The position numbers and the translations under genes were made by a program. 19,801 nucleotides of DNA from contig JAWAJB010000013.1 of the NCBI GenBank assembly GCA_038888155.1, positions 1 to 19,801 on the forward strand, in the 5' to 3' direction. The notes under the pieces are model-generated. The model saw nothing but the letters and a program-made list of their open reading frames with translations, was not told the DNA's origin and made no database searches. The stretch's first letter is position 1. Every line of letters starts with the position of its first letter. Below are positions 17,987 through 19,801 of the stretch, piece after piece. This stretch comes from Desulfurococcaceae archaeon (GTDB lineage Archaea > Thermoproteota > Thermoprotei_A > Sulfolobales > Desulfurococcaceae).

Positions 17987-18372
17987 AGAAAATTTCCCTG
18001 TTTTTGAAATGAGGCTTAAAACGGGCTCCACCTGCAGGGGTGAAGTTTGCATGCTAAGGTTTAACCATTGGAGTTATAAATTGTTCTCGATGCAGCGATT
18101 AAATTGGCTTAACCTTATTGAAGAAGCGTCTAAAGGAATGATAAGAAGCCGGAGTCCAAAACCACTAATCAACTAATTAAAAATTAACTCGGTCTTTTTA
18201 AGACTTTAATGACCACTAAGGAGCTGCATCGGCTTTTAGGGTTATCTGACTACACGCTTGCTAAATAAGATTTTTATCTCATACCGTAGGATATAGTTAG
18301 TGCGGCTCCCTTAGGTAAGCGGTATGCGGCTTTACTTGAGGTCTGCCTAGTCACTTTACTCCCGACTTTTGC

Positions 18373-19134
18373 TTGGTGGTTTGGCGAGGCTTATTTAGCC
18401 TATATGCTCTGGCATTTGGCCAAAAATTTATAATGATGTTCATAGCCCTACTTGCCCTCATCTTATCTAGGAGGAGTTTTAGGATCTACGGCTTTCTGCC
18501 AAGAAGCCCGCGCTTCACATTAAAGTGGAGCTCAGCATTTATAGCGGCATTTATCCTACCTACGGTGTTCTCAATTGGGATCTCGGCAGCTTTGGGCATG
18601 GCTAAGCCTGCTGGGCTGTCGCAACTCGGAATAATTTTAAACGTGATCTGGTACATGGTCTTCGTTGGGCTTGTTGAGGAGGCTTATTTTAGGGGTTATG
18701 TGCAGTCTAGGCTCAACGAAGTCTTTGAGAGGCGTTGGCGGAGGCTCGTCTTTAAGACTTGGAAAGTCGATTATGGGGTAGGTCTACTTCTAACCTCCAT
18801 AATTTTCGCCTTGACGCACATACCCAATTACTGGAACCCGATTACATCAAGGTGGGAGCCAGCTTGGTGGATGCCCCTACACATCCTATGGTGTTTCGCC
18901 TTCAGATGCGTCGCCGGGGCTCTAAGAGAGGCATCAGACATTTATGTCCCAGCTTCGCTACATGGAGGCTCAATGACTGCCCCAGCGTTCCTATCCATTT
19001 ATACAAGCGAATTGATCCTGAAGATCAGCTTATTCATCAGCTGGCTCATCTTCTTATGCTCTCTAGCCATTTTCTTCCATGAATCTGAGAACCTAAAGGC
19101 CAGAGCCATAATTATGGATCTAGATAAGGGATAG
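18373..19134 (+). CDS. CPBP (CAAX protease/Abi) intramembrane metalloprotease, probably frameshifted near the N-terminus
   Basis: Multi-TM protein with VEEAYFRGY, IFALTH and PASLHGG; an upstream frame encodes KRYAALLEVCLVTLL, a plausible true first TM. Confidence 0.8.
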   Translation: MVVWRGLFSLYALAFGQKFIMMFIALLALILSRRSFRIYGFLPRSPRFTLKWSSAFIAAFILPTVFSIGISAALGMAKPAGLSQLGIILNVIWYMVFVGLVEEAYFRGYVQSRLNEVFERRWRRLVFKTWKVDYGVGLLLTSIIFALTHIPNYWNPITSRWEPAWWMPLHILWCFAFRCVAGALREASDIYVPASLHGGSMTAPAFLSIYTSELILKISLFISWLIFLCSLAIFFHESENLKARAIIMDLDKG

Positions 19135-19208
19135 TCGTGAAAATTAGGCGGAAATGGAATTAAAAATGTCAGAAAACTTAAACAGAAACTTAAATTAAAA
19201 CAGTTAAC

Positions 19209-19476
19209 CTAGTCTTTTCAAAGAGGCTTTAGCTTCTCAAAATCAATTCCACATGGTCTCTTGGGAAGAGAGCTTCGGCGCATTAACCATGCATGCGAGC
19301 TTCCAATTCTGACCCTAGAGTTGCCTCATGCACCTCTGGATCGCTGGCCACAAGCACCGCTAGTTTTGTGTAGTCGATTGTTCCCCCTTAATGCATTGTA
19401 GCTTATCGTCAGGTATTTGGCTTCCTGCCTCTTTGAAAAGCACAATCATAGATCTCGCTCTTCACACCAAATTCAT
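19209..19476 (-). pseudogene. Degraded fragment resembling an inositol-monophosphatase-family C-terminus
   Basis: Broken frames MIVLFKEAGSQIPD / IDYTKLAVLVASDPEVHEATL recall the EAGG..TD...ASN..LH tail; weak. Confidence 0.2.
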
Positions 19477-19493
19477 TACTTCCAAATTTAAAA

Positions 19494-19517
19494 GGAGATG
19501 AAGGGATTTGAACCCTA
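19494..19517 (-). repeat. Second T-arm-like tRNA fragment just downstream of tRNA-Phe
   Basis: GGGATTTGAACCC occurs at 19503-19515 and inside the tRNA at 19536-19548; the minus strand reads AGGG-TTCAAAT-CCCT-TCATCTCC. Confidence 0.6.
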
Positions 19518-19522
19518 GAGGC

Positions 19523-19599
19523 TGGTGCCGGGGGTGGGATTTGAACCCACGGCGGTCCGGTCTTCAGCCGGATGCTCTCCCAGTCTGAGCTACCCCGGC
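19523..19599 (-). tRNA. tRNA-Phe(GAA), intronless, CCA encoded
   Basis: GCCGGGG TAGCTCAGACTGGGAGAGC A TCCGG CTGAAGA CCGGA CCGCC GTGGG TTCAAAT CCCAC CCCCGGC ACCA folds into a full cloverleaf. Confidence 0.97.
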
Positions 19600-19653
19600 T
19601 AAAATTATTATCGGAGTATTTAATTTATTTACTTTTCTCTCTTACAACTCAAC

Positions 19654-19801
19654 TTATACTATATTGTATTCATGAATGCTTCCCATTTCTAATATCAATA
19701 GTTTGATTAAATTTTCTAAGTCGTTTAGACTTATCGTTTCCACGAGGGAATGTGAATACTTCATTGGTACTCCTATGGCTATTAGCTTACTCCCCCTTTC
19801 T
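19654..19801 (-). CDS. M42-family metallopeptidase (TET/FrvX-like), C-terminal fragment (missing from the ORF track)
   Basis: ERGSKLIAIGVPMKYSHSLVETISLNDLENLIKLL...* matches the IGxPxRYxHSxxE...DLEN tail. Confidence 0.85.
   Translation of the reverse strand, partial: ERGSKLIAIGVPMKYSHSLVETISLNDLENLIKLLILEMGSIHEYNIV

Larger units (their letters stand above)
600..19522. mobile_element. Decayed integrative/defence island at the 3' end of tRNA-Phe (left boundary approximate)
   Basis: Bounded by housekeeping genes; abuts the tRNA 3' end; contains an integrase pseudogene, tRNA-end remnants, several pseudogenes and clustered MTase/nuclease/helicase genes. No matching left att repeat was found by eye. 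Confidence 0.75.

Noticed and set aside
17955-18176. 73-aa + strand ORF
   Set aside because: Starts within the tRNA-like scar; no recognisable protein features.
18759-19082. 107-aa alternative-frame ORF
   Set aside because: Off-frame inside the CPBP gene.
1-19801. CRISPR array, intact transposase, or canonical DISARM/BREX call
   Set aside because: No regularly spaced repeats or IS ORF seen; no SNF2 DrmD, PglZ or BrxC genes, so drm/brx symbols were not assigned.

Overview
Archaeal-looking window (TATA/BRE-like promoters, GGTGA-type SD motifs, SSV-type integrase remnant). AT-rich housekeeping flanks (3' end of a membrane pyrophosphatase and a DUF5679 Zn-ribbon gene on the left; tRNA-Phe(GAA) and the 3' end of an M42 peptidase on the right) enclose a ~19 kb defence island at the tRNA 3' end. 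The intact core (3.8-17.5 kb) is tightly packed: EVE protein, COG1743-like Zn-finger amino-MTase, DUF1998/MZB (DrmB-like) protein fused to a PLD nuclease, YprA/DrmA-like SF2 helicase, a divergently transcribed Lhr helicase and a fused Type IIG-like REase-MTase. This resembles DISARM but has a DrmB-DrmC-like fusion, no SNF2 DrmD, and Lhr and EVE partners, so it is the best candidate for an undescribed system. The margins hold decayed pieces: a DUF1156 methylase pseudogene joined to an integrase pseudogene, two tRNA-3'-end-like (att-like) remnants, an HhH glycosylase-like gene and a CPBP protease that is probably frameshifted. All family calls come from reading motifs by eye; no searches were run.
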